NCBI GenBank assembly: GCA_947627185.1
Contig: CANQVF010000006.1
Span: 3,208 to 67,207, forward strand
From: an uncultured Clostridia bacterium
GTDB lineage: Bacteria; Bacillota; Clostridia; TANB77; CAG-508
DNA length: 64,000 bases
Direction of reading: 5' to 3'
Numbering within the stretch: the first letter of the stretch is position 1; every line of letters starts with the position of its first letter. Position numbers and translations under genes: made by a program. Below are positions 40,335 to 52,976 of the stretch, piece by piece. Under the pieces are notes generated by a model. The model had not been told where the DNA came from. It worked only from the letters and a program-made list of their open reading frames with translations, and made no database searches.

Positions 40335-42101
40335 ATGGTGAAAAATATGCAAGTTTTAAAAATTATATTATTATTAATTTCTTTTGCAGGGTATTACTTA
40401 TTTTTTAAGAAAAAAACAGAAATTAAAGAAGAATTTATACCAATACTTGTATTTTCTACAATAGGTGTTATAGAATTTTTAGCTGGAATATTAAATTTCA
40501 TGAAATTAGCAACTATATTTATATGTGGTATTGGTATATTATTTTTTATAAAAGAATTTTATATAATAATAAAAAACAAAGAAAAAATAAAATGTAATTT
40601 TAAAGTCTTAATTTTTATAATTCTAGCACTAGCATTCTTATTTATTTTAAAAGATAAATATTTAATTCATTATGATAATTTTTCACATTGGGGAATGATA
40701 GTTAAAGAAATTTTATTAGAAAATAGATTACCAAATTTTAAATCTACTCAAATAATTTTCACAGCATATCCACCAGGAACTGCTTGTTTTATTTATTACA
40801 TCTGTAAATTTATTGGCAGTTCTGAAGGAATGATGTTATTCGCACAAAGCTTGCTAATCTTGGCAGGACTTTATACATTTTTAGTATTTTGTGATAAAAA
40901 TAAAATTATAAATTACGTTTATGTAATTATAATGAGCATATATTTATTAATTGGAAACATATTTATAGATCAATTATTAGTAGATACTATAATACCAATT
41001 ATGGCTTTATCTTCTTTATGTATAATAATAACATATAAAACAGATAACAAAAAAGCATTGGTATATAATATACCAATACTATCATTACTAATGATAGTAA
41101 AGAACTCTAGTGTGTTTTTTATAATAATTGATTTAGTTGTTTGGTTTATATATTTTATAAAAAATGCTGGTATAAAAAATATATATAAACAAAAATATAT
41201 ATTATTAATTTTATTGCCATTTATATTAATGTTTTTATGGTCTTGTCATACAAAATTAGTTTTTGATGAGCCTCAGAATTCAAAACATGCGATGTCAATT
41301 TCAAATTATGCAAATACTTTTAAATCAAAAGATAATTCGGATTTTAATTTTATTTTTGAAAAAATGATTGAAAAAATGACATCATTAGAAAATAAAGAAA
41401 ATGAAATTATTTTAATATCTGCTTTAAGTTTTGTAATAATGTTTGCTCTTGCTTTTAAGAATAAAGAGAAAAGAAATAATATTATTTGGTATTTTGTTTT
41501 ATTTTTAATTACATATATTTTATATCAAGTTAGTTTGTATTGTATGTATTTGTTTTCTATGCCAATTAATGAAGCAAGAACTTTATCTGGATATTCAAGA
41601 TATTACAGTACTTTATCATTATTTTTATATGGTATATCAGTAATTACAATATTAAATTTTGAAAAAATAGAATATAAACAAAACAACAAAATTAAAAATA
41701 TATTTATAAAAATGATATTTTTAATTTTTATTGTATTTCCAGTTATTTTATATAGAGATAATTTAAATTTATTCTTTTGCTCTAAACAAAGTGATTCTAA
41801 AAATTATTTAAGATATGAAATAGTAAATATAAAAGAAAAAAATAATATAGAAGAGAAAAAGAGTTATTTAATATATATTTCTAACGATAAAAATGTTGAT
41901 GCTGATTATTTAACTCATATGTGTGAATATGAATTTAGAACTATAAATGTAAAAATTATTAATAATTTTGATGAATTAAGAGATATGAATGAAATATTTG
42001 ATTATGATTACTTTATATTATTAAGAAAAGATGAAAAAACATTAGAATTTATAAATATAATTAAAGGAGATATAAATCAAGATGTTATTAGATTTAGATA
42101 A
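40335..42101 (+). CDS. Polytopic membrane protein, GT-C-like glycosyltransferase
   Basis: Multi-TM with external-loop YDNFSHW and YPPG; next to a GT2-GtrA gene. Confidence 0.65.
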   Translation: MVKNMQVLKIILLLISFAGYYLFFKKKTEIKEEFIPILVFSTIGVIEFLAGILNFMKLATIFICGIGILFFIKEFYIIIKNKEKIKCNFKVLIFIILALAFLFILKDKYLIHYDNFSHWGMIVKEILLENRLPNFKSTQIIFTAYPPGTACFIYYICKFIGSSEGMMLFAQSLLILAGLYTFLVFCDKNKIINYVYVIIMSIYLLIGNIFIDQLLVDTIIPIMALSSLCIIITYKTDNKKALVYNIPILSLLMIVKNSSVFFIIIDLVVWFIYFIKNAGIKNIYKQKYILLILLPFILMFLWSCHTKLVFDEPQNSKHAMSISNYANTFKSKDNSDFNFIFEKMIEKMTSLENKENEIILISALSFVIMFALAFKNKEKRNNIIWYFVLFLITYILYQVSLYCMYLFSMPINEARTLSGYSRYYSTLSLFLYGISVITILNFEKIEYKQNNKIKNIFIKMIFLIFIVFPVILYRDNLNLFFCSKQSDSKNYLRYEIVNIKEKNNIEEKKSYLIYISNDKNVDADYLTHMCEYEFRTINVKIINNFDELRDMNEIFDYDYFILLRKDEKTLEFINIIKGDINQDVIRFR

Positions 42102-43170
42102 AAATGATAAAGTTTTTATACTAATACCATCACTTAATCCAACTAATGATTTAATTAAATATATAGATGAACTAATTGAAAATAATTTTAAAAACATAAT
42201 TGTTGTAAATGATGGAAGTAAAAAAGAATGTGATGAAATCTTTAAAGCAATAGAAAATAAAAAAGAATGTATTTTATTAAAACATGAAACTAATTTAGGA
42301 AAAGGAAAAGCTTTAAAAAGTGGATTAGAATATTTTAAAAATTTAAATAATTTTAATGATTTTTTTGGAATAATTACAGTAGATTCGGATGGACAACATT
42401 TAGTTTATGATGTTAAAAAAGTAGCTGAAAAAATGAAAGAAAATTCTAATTCTTTAATATTAGGAACAAGAAATTTTTTAGAAAGTAATGTTCCACCTAA
42501 AAGTAGTTTTGGAAATAAGGTAACCTCAAGTGTTTTTAAAATATTATATGGAACTAAAATATCAGATACTCAAACAGGTTTAAGAGGAATACCAAATTCT
42601 TTAATAGAAGAATTTATGCATATTTCAGGAAATAGATTTGAATATGAAACAAATATGTTAATAGAATGCATATTAAATAAAATAGAAATAATAGAAGTTC
42701 CAATTACTACTGTTTATATAGATAATAATTCTGGTACAAGCTTTAGACCAATACATGATTCAATATCAATTTATTGGAAGATTTTAAATTCATTTATAAA
42801 ATATTCCGCTGTATCTATAATATCATGTATTATTGATATTTTACTATTTCAAATATTTTTAATGAGTTTAAAATTTGAATTATCAAGTACAACAATCATT
42901 ACTATTTCTACTGTGCTTGCAAGAATTATATCTTCACTAATTAATTATATATTAAATAAAAAAGTATCATTCAAAAGTAAGAAAAATGTAAAAAATACTA
43001 TTATAAAGTATTATGTATTATGTTTAATTAATATGATTGTTTCAGCAAGTTTAGTTTCATTGATATACTATTTTACAGGAATAAAAGAAGTTATAATAAA
43101 AATTATAGTAGACACAATTATTTTCTTTACAAATTACAGAGTTCAAAGAGTATTCATATTTAACAAATAA
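42082..43170 (+). CDS. Bifunctional GT2 (polyprenol-phosphate glycosyltransferase)/GtrA protein
   Basis: VNDGS, GKGKALK, DSDGQH, DTQTGLR; four C-terminal TM (GtrA). Confidence 0.9.
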   Translation: MLLDLDKNDKVFILIPSLNPTNDLIKYIDELIENNFKNIIVVNDGSKKECDEIFKAIENKKECILLKHETNLGKGKALKSGLEYFKNLNNFNDFFGIITVDSDGQHLVYDVKKVAEKMKENSNSLILGTRNFLESNVPPKSSFGNKVTSSVFKILYGTKISDTQTGLRGIPNSLIEEFMHISGNRFEYETNMLIECILNKIEIIEVPITTVYIDNNSGTSFRPIHDSISIYWKILNSFIKYSAVSIISCIIDILLFQIFLMSLKFELSSTTIITISTVLARIISSLINYILNKKVSFKSKKNVKNTIIKYYVLCLINMIVSASLVSLIYYFTGIKEVIIKIIVDTIIFFTNYRVQRVFIFNK

Positions 43171-43175
43171 AATAA

Positions 43176-43216
43176 AAAAAACTCCATTTGTTAAAATACA
43201 AATGGAGCTTTTTTTA
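43176..43216 (+). terminator. Intrinsic terminator
   Basis: CTCCATTTGT...ACAAATGGAG + T-run. Confidence 0.8.
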
Positions 43217-43286
43217 TAAAGATTATTGTAATTTAAAAATATTAAATAAAAAAATATTTTTTTTACTTAAAAATTAGTATATTAAC

Positions 43287-43315
43287 TTGAAGAAAATTAA
43301 AGAAAATGATAAAAT
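43287..43315 (+). promoter_or_regulatory. SigA-type promoter of the PglF-like operon
   Basis: TTGAAG-N17-TAAAAT with extended TG. Confidence 0.65.
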
Positions 43316-43351
43316 ATGAAAGATTTAATAGGTGAAAAAGAGGTATAAAAA

Positions 43352-45226
43352 TTGGACAAAATAAAAAAACTTAGTAAATATAGAAATATAATTTTAATTT
43401 TTTTAGATATATTATGCATAGCCTTTGCTTATTATTCAGGAATTGTTTTGTTAAATAATGGTTCACTTAGATTAGATGCATATTATACTAGAAGATTTTT
43501 TAATACTTTATTAATCTCATCAATTGTATATCAGATTGTATTTTGGATTACAAGAAGATATAAAAATATTATAAGATATGAAGATGGAAAAGACTATTTA
43601 ATATATTTTATCTTATGTATAATATCAGCTTTTATTGTTTCAATTGTGAGAAAAGTTTTTCATATATTTATGGTAGAAACCACAAGATTAATTATTTTAG
43701 CAGGAATTTTTATTGCTATTCTTATGATTTCTTATAGAATTATTTTAAGATATATTTTAGTAAATGATATTTTTAAAACAAAAGAGACAAATGTTGAAAC
43801 TCAAAGAAATTTACTTATTATAGGAGCTGGAAATGCTGCTCATGAAATTATAAAAACAATTCATTCAAATATGAAAGAAATTTATAATATTATTGGTATA
43901 ATTGATGATAATCCAAAAAGATTAAATTATAGTGTCTCAGGAGTAAAAATTATTGGAAACAGGAATGACATAATTAAAATTTGTGAAGAAAATAAAGTGG
44001 ATCTAATTTTCTTTTCTATTGCTAATATAGATAATGAAAATAAAAAACAAATATTAAATATATGTCAGAAAACAAGAGCAAAAGTTAGAATTTTGCCTGG
44101 AATGCAAGAAATAATTAGAAATAAAAAATTATTTGAAAATTTAAGAGATGTTGAAATAGAAGATATTTTAGGAAGAGATCCGATAAAATTAGATAATAAC
44201 AATATAGAATCCTTAATAAAAGATAAAACTATATTAATAACAGGAGCAGGAGGTTCAATTGGTTCTGAACTTTGTAGACAAATTATAAAATATAAACCAG
44301 AAAAACTGGTAATGCTAGATATTTATGAAAATGGTTTGTATGATATAGAAATTGAATTAAAAACAAAATATCCAAAATCAAAAATTGAAGCAATAATTGC
44401 TAGTGTTAGAGATAAAAAAAGATTAGAAGAAATTTTTGAAAAATATAATCCTTATTTAGTATTTCATGCAGCAGCACATAAACATGTTCCTTTAATGGAA
44501 AATAGTCCATTAGAAGCAATAAAAAATAATATTTTTGGAACATATAATGTTGTAAATACATCAGATAAATTTAATGTTAAAAGATTTATTTTAATTTCAA
44601 CAGATAAAGCTGTAAATCCAACAAATATAATGGGTGCAACAAAAAGAATGTGTGAAATGATTGTACAAGCTAAAAATAAAGTAAGTAACACAGAATTTGT
44701 AGCTGTTCGTTTTGGAAATGTTTTAGGAAGTAATGGCTCTGTTGTTCCATTATTTAAAAAACAAATTATGGATGGTGGGCCAGTTACTGTTACACATAAA
44801 GAAATAACTAGATTTTTTATGACTATTCCAGAAGCAGTAGAATTAATTCTTCAAGCAATTACATATGCGAATGGTGGAGAAATATTTGTTTTAGATATGG
44901 GAGAACCAGTTAAAATTTATGATTTAGCAACAAGTTTAATAAGGCTTTCTGGATATGTTCCAAATGAAGATATAGAAATTAAAATAACAGGCTTAAGACC
45001 TGGAGAAAAGTTATATGAAGAGCTTTTAATGGGTGAAGAGGGCCTTCAAAAAACAGCTCATGATAAAATATTTGTTGCAGAGCCAATGGATATAACAATG
45101 GATGATATAAAAGAAAAGTTAGAAAAATTAAATAATTTGTTAAATAAAGAAAATGCAGATTTAAAAGACACTAAATCTGTTATGAAAGAAATTATACCAA
45201 CATATCATGAAGAAAATAATAAATAA
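43352..45226 (+). CDS. Membrane-bound NDP-sugar 4,6-dehydratase (CapD/PglF/EpsC family)
   Basis: Four TM, TGAGGSIGSEL, HAAAHKHVP, STDKAV, RFGNVLGS. Confidence 0.94.
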   Translation: MDKIKKLSKYRNIILIFLDILCIAFAYYSGIVLLNNGSLRLDAYYTRRFFNTLLISSIVYQIVFWITRRYKNIIRYEDGKDYLIYFILCIISAFIVSIVRKVFHIFMVETTRLIILAGIFIAILMISYRIILRYILVNDIFKTKETNVETQRNLLIIGAGNAAHEIIKTIHSNMKEIYNIIGIIDDNPKRLNYSVSGVKIIGNRNDIIKICEENKVDLIFFSIANIDNENKKQILNICQKTRAKVRILPGMQEIIRNKKLFENLRDVEIEDILGRDPIKLDNNNIESLIKDKTILITGAGGSIGSELCRQIIKYKPEKLVMLDIYENGLYDIEIELKTKYPKSKIEAIIASVRDKKRLEEIFEKYNPYLVFHAAAHKHVPLMENSPLEAIKNNIFGTYNVVNTSDKFNVKRFILISTDKAVNPTNIMGATKRMCEMIVQAKNKVSNTEFVAVRFGNVLGSNGSVVPLFKKQIMDGGPVTVTHKEITRFFMTIPEAVELILQAITYANGGEIFVLDMGEPVKIYDLATSLIRLSGYVPNEDIEIKITGLRPGEKLYEELLMGEEGLQKTAHDKIFVAEPMDITMDDIKEKLEKLNNLLNKENADLKDTKSVMKEIIPTYHEENNK

Positions 45227-45295
45227 TTTTAATAAATTTATTTAAATGCACAGATTATTTTGCTATTAGTGAAATAAGAAAGGAAGTATATAAAA

Positions 45296-46420
45296 ATGAA
45301 AAAAATATATTTGGCATCACCTCATATGTCAGATGAAAAATATGAAGAAAAATTTGTAAAAGAAGCTTTTGATACAAACTGGTTATCAACAGTAGGAGAA
45401 AATTTAAATAAATTTGAAGAAAGTGTTAGAAATTATTTGGGAATAAAAGCATCTGTTGGACTTTCTAGTGGAACTTCAGCAATGCATTTAGGATTAAAAG
45501 CATTGGGAGTATCAAAAAATGATATAGTTTTCGTTTCAGACCTTACATTTTCTGCAAGTGTAAATCCAATTATATATGAGAATGCAACACCTGTTTTTAT
45601 TGATTCAGATTATGAAACTTGGAATATGGATCCAAAAGCTTTAGAAAAAGCATTTGAAAAATATCCTAACCCTAAAGCTGTAATTGTAGTTCACTTATAT
45701 GGTAGAGTATCTAATATGGATGAAATTTGCAAAATCTGCAGAGAACATAATGTACCAATTTTAGAAGATTCAGCAGAAGGATTAGGCTCAAAATATAAAG
45801 AAAAATTTTTAGGAACTTTTGGAAAATGCTCTGCACTTTCTTTTAATGGAAATAAAATAATTACTACAACTGGTGGAGGAATGCTAGTATCTGATGATGA
45901 AGATTTGGTAAGTAAAGTAAAATTTTGGTCAACTCAAAGTAAAGATCCAGCAAGATATTATCAACATTCAGAAATAGGATATAATTATAGAATGAGCAAT
46001 GTTTTAGCTGGAATTGGTAGAGGACAAATGATGGTTTTAGAAAATAGAGTTGCTAAAAAAAGAGAAATTTTTGATACTTATAAAAAAGCTTTTAAAGATA
46101 TAGAAGATATTGAAATAACTGATGAAAAAGAATATGAAAGATCAAATCGTTGGCTTTCAACAATAACATTAAAGAAAAATTCAAAAGTAAAACCTTTAGA
46201 TATAATAGAAAGTTTGGAAAAAGAAAATATTGAAGCAAGGATGGTTTGGAAACCAATGCACATGCAACCAATATTTGAAAAATATGATTTTATTACTTTG
46301 CAAGATGAAGTAAGTGTTGGAGAAGATTTATTTACAAGAGGAGTATGTTTACCATCAGATACAAAAATGACTAATGAAGATTTAGAAAGAGTTATAAATA
46401 TTGTGAGAAAATTATTTTAA
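45296..46420 (+). CDS. DegT/DnrJ aminotransferase (PglE/EpsN-like)
   Basis: LSSGTSAMHL, SFNGNKIITTTGGG, GYNYRMSN. Confidence 0.93.
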   Translation: MKKIYLASPHMSDEKYEEKFVKEAFDTNWLSTVGENLNKFEESVRNYLGIKASVGLSSGTSAMHLGLKALGVSKNDIVFVSDLTFSASVNPIIYENATPVFIDSDYETWNMDPKALEKAFEKYPNPKAVIVVHLYGRVSNMDEICKICREHNVPILEDSAEGLGSKYKEKFLGTFGKCSALSFNGNKIITTTGGGMLVSDDEDLVSKVKFWSTQSKDPARYYQHSEIGYNYRMSNVLAGIGRGQMMVLENRVAKKREIFDTYKKAFKDIEDIEITDEKEYERSNRWLSTITLKKNSKVKPLDIIESLEKENIEARMVWKPMHMQPIFEKYDFITLQDEVSVGEDLFTRGVCLPSDTKMTNEDLERVINIVRKLF

Positions 46421-46442
46421 ATTATAGATTATAGACTATGGA

Positions 46443-46629
46443 TTATAAATAATTATATTTATTGTTCATTCCAATTTCTCGTTCAAACAATTATCACATA
46501 ATTGCTAAATAATTTTTTTGGCACCCTTCCATCAAAAGATGAACTCTTTCCAAAAAAATTATTAATCAATTTCAGCTCAATTGTTTTCAATTCGAAATTT
46601 TCATTTACAATAAATATAATTATTTATAA
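46443..46629. repeat. 187-bp rod-like imperfect palindrome
   Basis: Perfect 22-bp terminal inverted repeat plus three inner paired blocks separated by near-symmetric internal loops. Confidence 0.85.
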
Positions 46630-46647
46630 GTTTTTATCAATAAAATT

Positions 46648-47281
46648 ATGTTAAATGGAGAAAAAATGTATAAAAAATTTTTTAAAAGATTTTTAGACAT
46701 AATTATTAGTTTAATAAGTTTAATTATTTTATCACCAATAATGTTAATTGTAGCAATATTAGTAAGAATAAAACTTGGAAGCCCAATAATTTTTAAACAA
46801 GAAAGACCTGGTAAAAATGAAAAAATATTTAAGCTTTATAAATTTAGAAGTATGTCAGATAAAAAAGATAAAAATGGAAAATTACTTCCAGATAGTGAAC
46901 GATTAACGAAATTTGGAAAAATATTAAGAAGTACAAGTCTAGATGAACTTCCAGAACTTGTTAATATTTTAAAAGGAGATATGAGCTTAATTGGACCAAG
47001 ACCACTTGCTGTTTCATATTTACCTTACTATAATGAAAAAGAAAAGCATAGACATGATGTAAGACCAGGTTTAACTGGACTTGCTCAAATAAATGGAAGA
47101 AATGCTTTAAATTGGGAAAAAAGATTTGAATATGATTTAGAATACGTAAATAATATTACTTTTATTAATGATTTAAAAATATTATTTAAAACATTTTTTA
47201 AAGTTTTAAAAAGAGAAAATGTTGTAACTAGAGGAACAGGAAAAACAATAGATTTTGATGAATATAGGAGAAATAATTTGA

Positions 47282-47301
<20 letters not shown>
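46648..47301 (+). CDS. Initiating phosphoglycosyl transferase (PglC/EpsL family)
   Basis: KRFLDI, KFRSM, SLDELPEL, GPRP, RPGLTGLAQ. Confidence 0.93.
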
Positions 47302-48333
<1,032 letters not shown>

Positions 48334-48337
<4 letters not shown>

Positions 48338-49599
48338 AAAAAAGAGTATTAGTATTAAATTGTGGTTCTTTGGCAGGAACAGATGTAAATACTGCTTTGA
48401 AATTTAATGATGAATTTGAGGTATGGGGTGCTTCAATATATAAAAATCATGGAATTTATGTATATAAAAATTATATTGAAGATATACCTAATATAAAAGA
48501 TAAGAATTTTATTAAAATTTTAAATGAAAAAATACAAGAATATGATATAAAGTTTATTTTTTCAACACATGAAGATATGGTGTTATTTTTACAAGAACAT
48601 AAAAAAGAAATAAATGCAGTAATTGTATCTTCAAATTATGATACAGCTTTACTTTGTAGATATAAATCAAAAACTTATGAAAAAATGAAAGAATACAATT
48701 TTATTCCAAAAACATATAAAAAAGAAGAAGTAAAAGAATTTCCAGTTTTTGTAAAAAAAGATACAGACCAAGGTGGAAGACATGCACACAAAGTAGAAAA
48801 TCAAAAAGAGTTAGATTTATATGCAGAAGATGAAGATATGATAATTTGTGAATATCTTCCAGGAGAAGAGGTAACAGTTGATTGCTTTACAAATAAAAAT
48901 AGAGAACTTCTATTTTGTAACCCAAGAGCAGCAGATAGAATGCTTGCTGGAATAGATGTTCATGCTAGAAGAATAGAGTTATCAAAAGAAATTAAATACA
49001 TTGCTGATTCTTTAAATAAAGAAATAGAATTTAGGGGCTTTTGGTTTTTTCAAATAAAAAAAGATGTAGATGGAAAATATAAATTACTAGAAATAAGCAC
49101 AAGACTTCCAGGAGCTTTTAGTTTAAGTAGATGTTTAGATGTTAATTTACCGCTTATGGCATTAAAAGATTTTGATGGACAAGATGTAAAATTAACTTTT
49201 AATGATATAAATATTGAAGCAGATAAACAATTTTTTGGAAAATATTCTTTAGGATTAGAATATGATACAGTTTATATTGATTTTGAAACTTGTTTTGAAT
49301 CAAAAGAAAAAGTAGATACTTTTCTAATGATGTTTTTATATCAATGCGTAAATAAAAATATAAAAATAAATTTATTATTGCAAAGTGATAATTTAAAAGT
49401 TTTAGATAAAAACAAAATTTCAAGGAATTTATTTGATGAAATAATTGAAATTGAAAGAAAAGATATTAAAAATATTTTAGAGAAAAAAAGTATTTTAATA
49501 TCTAATGATGAAGATTTAAAAAATGAAATAAGAGAAAAAAATAAATATAATTGTTTTAGTACATCAATAATTGAAAGCTTAATTGATTGGAGAGCATAA
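48334..49599 (+). CDS. ATP-grasp domain protein
   Basis: FPVFVK, ICEYLPGEEVTVD, FFQIK, LLEISTR. Confidence 0.85.
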
Positions 49600-50642
49600 A
49601 AATGGAAATTGGAAGTGAGTTTTGGAAATATGAAGATAATTTAATTTCAAATAATACAGATTTTTGGAATCTTGGAGAAGATACAAAATTTGTGTTATCT
49701 GGAAGAACAGCAATATATTTTGTTTTACAAAATATATTGTTAAATCATGATATAAAAAAAGCTTATCTTCCAACTTATTGTTGCAATTCTATGATTAAGC
49801 CTTTTATAGATTTGGGAATAGAAATAGAATATTATGATGTTTATTATAATAATGGATTAAAATATAATATAAATTTAGATGAAGATTTTGATATATTTTT
49901 TGCTATGAATTATTTTGGATATTCATCTACAAATATGGAAAAATATATTAAAACTTTTAAAGAAAAAGGTAAAATTATAATCGAAGATATAACACATAGC
50001 TTTTTTAGCTCAAAAAAATTTAGTATATATTCAGATTATTTAGTAGGAAGTTTAAGAAAATGGTTTCCAGTTACAAGTGGAGGAATAGCTGTAAATAGAA
50101 AAACAAAATTTGAATTAAAATTAAATGATAATACAAATGAAAAAATAATTTCTTTAAGAAAAAAGGCAATGGAGAATAAATCTAAATTTATAAATAATAA
50201 TGAAAATTTAAAAGAAACCTTTTTAAATCAATATTCAAAAAGCGGTAAACTATTGGAAAATGATTATAAAAATTATAGTATAGATAATGATTCTTTAAAA
50301 ATAATTATGGGAATAAATTTAGAAAAAATAATTTCAAGAAGAAAAGAAAATTCAAATATTATATATGAAAAATTGAAAAATATATCTAGCATTGAATTTT
50401 TAGAAAAATATAATGAAAATGATTGTTTATTATTTGTTCCAATAATTTTAGAACACAACTTAAGAAATGAATTAAGAAAATATTTAATAGAAAATGAAGT
50501 TTATTTACCTGTACACTGGCCATTAGAAGAAAAATTAAATAATGTTTTTGAAAAAGAATTATCTTTAGTTTGTGACCAAAGATATACAAAAGAACAAATT
50601 TCAAAATATGTTGATATGATAATTAATTTTTTTGAAAAATAA
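49587..50642 (+). CDS. PLP-dependent DegT-like protein
   Basis: SGRTAI, NYFG, IEDITHS, SLRKW, VHWP, CDQRY. Confidence 0.78.
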   Translation: MESIKMEIGSEFWKYEDNLISNNTDFWNLGEDTKFVLSGRTAIYFVLQNILLNHDIKKAYLPTYCCNSMIKPFIDLGIEIEYYDVYYNNGLKYNINLDEDFDIFFAMNYFGYSSTNMEKYIKTFKEKGKIIIEDITHSFFSSKKFSIYSDYLVGSLRKWFPVTSGGIAVNRKTKFELKLNDNTNEKIISLRKKAMENKSKFINNNENLKETFLNQYSKSGKLLENDYKNYSIDNDSLKIIMGINLEKIISRRKENSNIIYEKLKNISSIEFLEKYNENDCLLFVPIILEHNLRNELRKYLIENEVYLPVHWPLEEKLNNVFEKELSLVCDQRYTKEQISKYVDMIINFFEK

Positions 50643-50690
50643 ATTATTTTAAAGCTATTTTGAAATAGTAAAGTATACTAAAATTATTTA

Positions 50691-51686
50691 ATGGAGAGAA
50701 AAGTGAAAGATATATATTTTGATAAGAATTATGGAAAGTTATATGAAAAAGCTGATAATGGAAAAGCACAAATTTTTGAATTTGAAAATGAATATGGAAA
50801 AATTTCTAATCAGTTTTTAATAAGAGAAATTCCAGAAAAAATAGATAGAAAAACATATTATGATTTAATTACACCTTATGGATATGGTGGACCGATTATT
50901 GAAAATTTAACTGGAAATAAAGAGAAATTAATAAGTGAATTTGAAAATGAATTTTCTAAATATGCAAAAGAAAATAATATTGTTAGTGAATTTGTAAGAT
51001 TTCATCCAATAATAAAAAATTATGAAGATTTTGGAAAAATGTATAATAGCATATATATGAGAAAAACTTTGGGAACTAATATTGAAAAATATGATGATCC
51101 TGTACAAGCTGAATTTTCTAAAAGTTCTAGAAAAACAATAAGACAAATTTTAAAGCAAGGAGTTACTTATAGAATAATTGAAAATCCAGAAAATTTAGAT
51201 GAATTTAAAAGAATATATTATTTAAATATGGAAAGAAAAAGTGCAGAAGAATATTATTTTTTTGATGATAATTATTTTAACTTAATATTAAAAAATTTTA
51301 AAAATAATATAATTTTGGCTCAATCTATTTATGAAAATAAAGTTATAGCATCAGGATTATATTTTATATGTAATGGAATAATTCATGTGCATTTATCAGG
51401 AACAGATACAAAATATTTATATTTATCTCCAGCTTATATACTAAAATATGGAACGGTATTATGGGCTAAAGAACATAATTATAAACTAATTCATTATGGT
51501 GGTGGTTTATCAAATTCGGAAGAAGATTCATTATATATATTTAAAAGAAAATTTGCTCAAAACACAGATTTTGATTTTTATATTGGTAAAAAGATTTGGA
51601 ATGAAGAAATTTATAATAAATTATGTGATATGAAAAATATAGATAAAAACGAAAGTTTTTTCCCTGCGTATAGAAAAAATAATTAA
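50691..51686 (+). CDS. GNAT/FemAB-like acyl or aminoacyl transferase
   Basis: TPYGYGGP, SEFVRFHP, HYGGG, LYIFKRKF. Confidence 0.85.
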   Translation: MERKVKDIYFDKNYGKLYEKADNGKAQIFEFENEYGKISNQFLIREIPEKIDRKTYYDLITPYGYGGPIIENLTGNKEKLISEFENEFSKYAKENNIVSEFVRFHPIIKNYEDFGKMYNSIYMRKTLGTNIEKYDDPVQAEFSKSSRKTIRQILKQGVTYRIIENPENLDEFKRIYYLNMERKSAEEYYFFDDNYFNLILKNFKNNIILAQSIYENKVIASGLYFICNGIIHVHLSGTDTKYLYLSPAYILKYGTVLWAKEHNYKLIHYGGGLSNSEEDSLYIFKRKFAQNTDFDFYIGKKIWNEEIYNKLCDMKNIDKNESFFPAYRKNN

Positions 51687-51733
51687 TCTTAAGATTATAT
51701 TAAATCCTAAAATAAAAATGGAGATGAAGTATA

Positions 51734-52930
51734 ATGAAAAAAAAGATTTTAATAATTGCAAATTTTACAAGACTTCCCTGGGAACATGGAAATAGTAGAT
51801 TTCCATACATAATAAATTTAATTAATAAAGAAAAATTTGATGTTGAACTTATAACTTCGAAATTTTCTCATGGTGAAAAAGTACATAGGACAGGTGAAAT
51901 TAAAGAAAATTTAGACTATAAAATTACATTAATAGATGAGCCTGGTTATAGAAAAAATGTGTCACTTAAAAGATTTTATAGTCACAGTAGGTTTGCTAAA
52001 AATGTAAAAAAATATTTAGAAACAATAGAAAAACCAGATATAATTTATTCTGCAGTACCATCATTAGATGTAGCATATATTGCTGGAAAATTTGCAAAAG
52101 AAAACAATATAAGATTTATAATAGACATACAAGATTTATGGCCAGAAGCTTTTAAAATGTTATTTAATGTACCAATAATAAGCAATATTATTTTTTATCC
52201 AATGACAAAAAAAGCAAACAAAATATATGAAATGGCAGATGACATAGTTGCAGTTTCAAACACTTATGCTGATAGAGCAGGTTTAGTAAATAAAACATAT
52301 AAAAATAAAATAAGTGTTTTTTTAGGAACAGACTTAGAAAATTTTGATAAATTTAAAGAGGAAAATAAAAATGATAAATTTGATGATGTACTAAGAATAG
52401 CTTATGTTGGAACTCTAGGGCATAGTTATGATTTAAAATGTGTAATAGATAGTATAAAGATTTTACAAGAAAGAAATATAAAAAATATATTATTAGTTGT
52501 AATGGGTAAAGGACCTTTAAGAGCTGAATTTGAATCTTATACTAAAGAAAAAAATGTTAATGCTGAATTTGTAGGTTATTTAAATTATGAAGAAATGGTT
52601 GGTAAACTTTGCTCTTGTGATATAGCAGTAAACCCAATAACAAAGGGAGCTGCTCAAAGTATTATCAACAAAGTTGCAGATTATGCAGCAGCAGGGCTTC
52701 CAGTTATAAGTACTCAAGAGTCAAAAGAATACAGAAAATTAGTTGATGATTATCAAATTGGTTTTAATGTAGAAAATGGAAATATTGAAGAGATGGCAAA
52801 TAAAATTGAAATTCTTCAAAATGATAGGGAATTAAGAGAAAGATTAGGATTAAATAATAGAAAGTTAGCAGAAGAAAAGTTTGATAGAAAAGAAACTTAT
52901 TTAGAAATTAAAAATTTAATAGAAAATTAG
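51734..52930 (+). CDS. Glycosyltransferase family 4
   Basis: DIQDLWPE, YVGTLG, NKVADYAAAGLPVI. Confidence 0.9.
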   Translation: MKKKILIIANFTRLPWEHGNSRFPYIINLINKEKFDVELITSKFSHGEKVHRTGEIKENLDYKITLIDEPGYRKNVSLKRFYSHSRFAKNVKKYLETIEKPDIIYSAVPSLDVAYIAGKFAKENNIRFIIDIQDLWPEAFKMLFNVPIISNIIFYPMTKKANKIYEMADDIVAVSNTYADRAGLVNKTYKNKISVFLGTDLENFDKFKEENKNDKFDDVLRIAYVGTLGHSYDLKCVIDSIKILQERNIKNILLVVMGKGPLRAEFESYTKEKNVNAEFVGYLNYEEMVGKLCSCDIAVNPITKGAAQSIINKVADYAAAGLPVISTQESKEYRKLVDDYQIGFNVENGNIEEMANKIEILQNDRELRERLGLNNRKLAEEKFDRKETYLEIKNLIEN

Positions 52931-52976
52931 AGAATTTAGTAAAAATATATGAAAATTTAATTACTAATTAAAAGGA

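Noticed and set aside
17461..44000. AGG or CGA as frameshift triggers
   Set aside because: Both occur in frame in intact genes (e.g. AGG in the acyl-CoA ligase, glgP and rmlB; CGA at several ER dipeptides) with no frame break
46443..46629. Calling the rod 6S RNA
   Set aside because: Size fits, but there is no large central bubble or clear dedicated promoter; left unassigned
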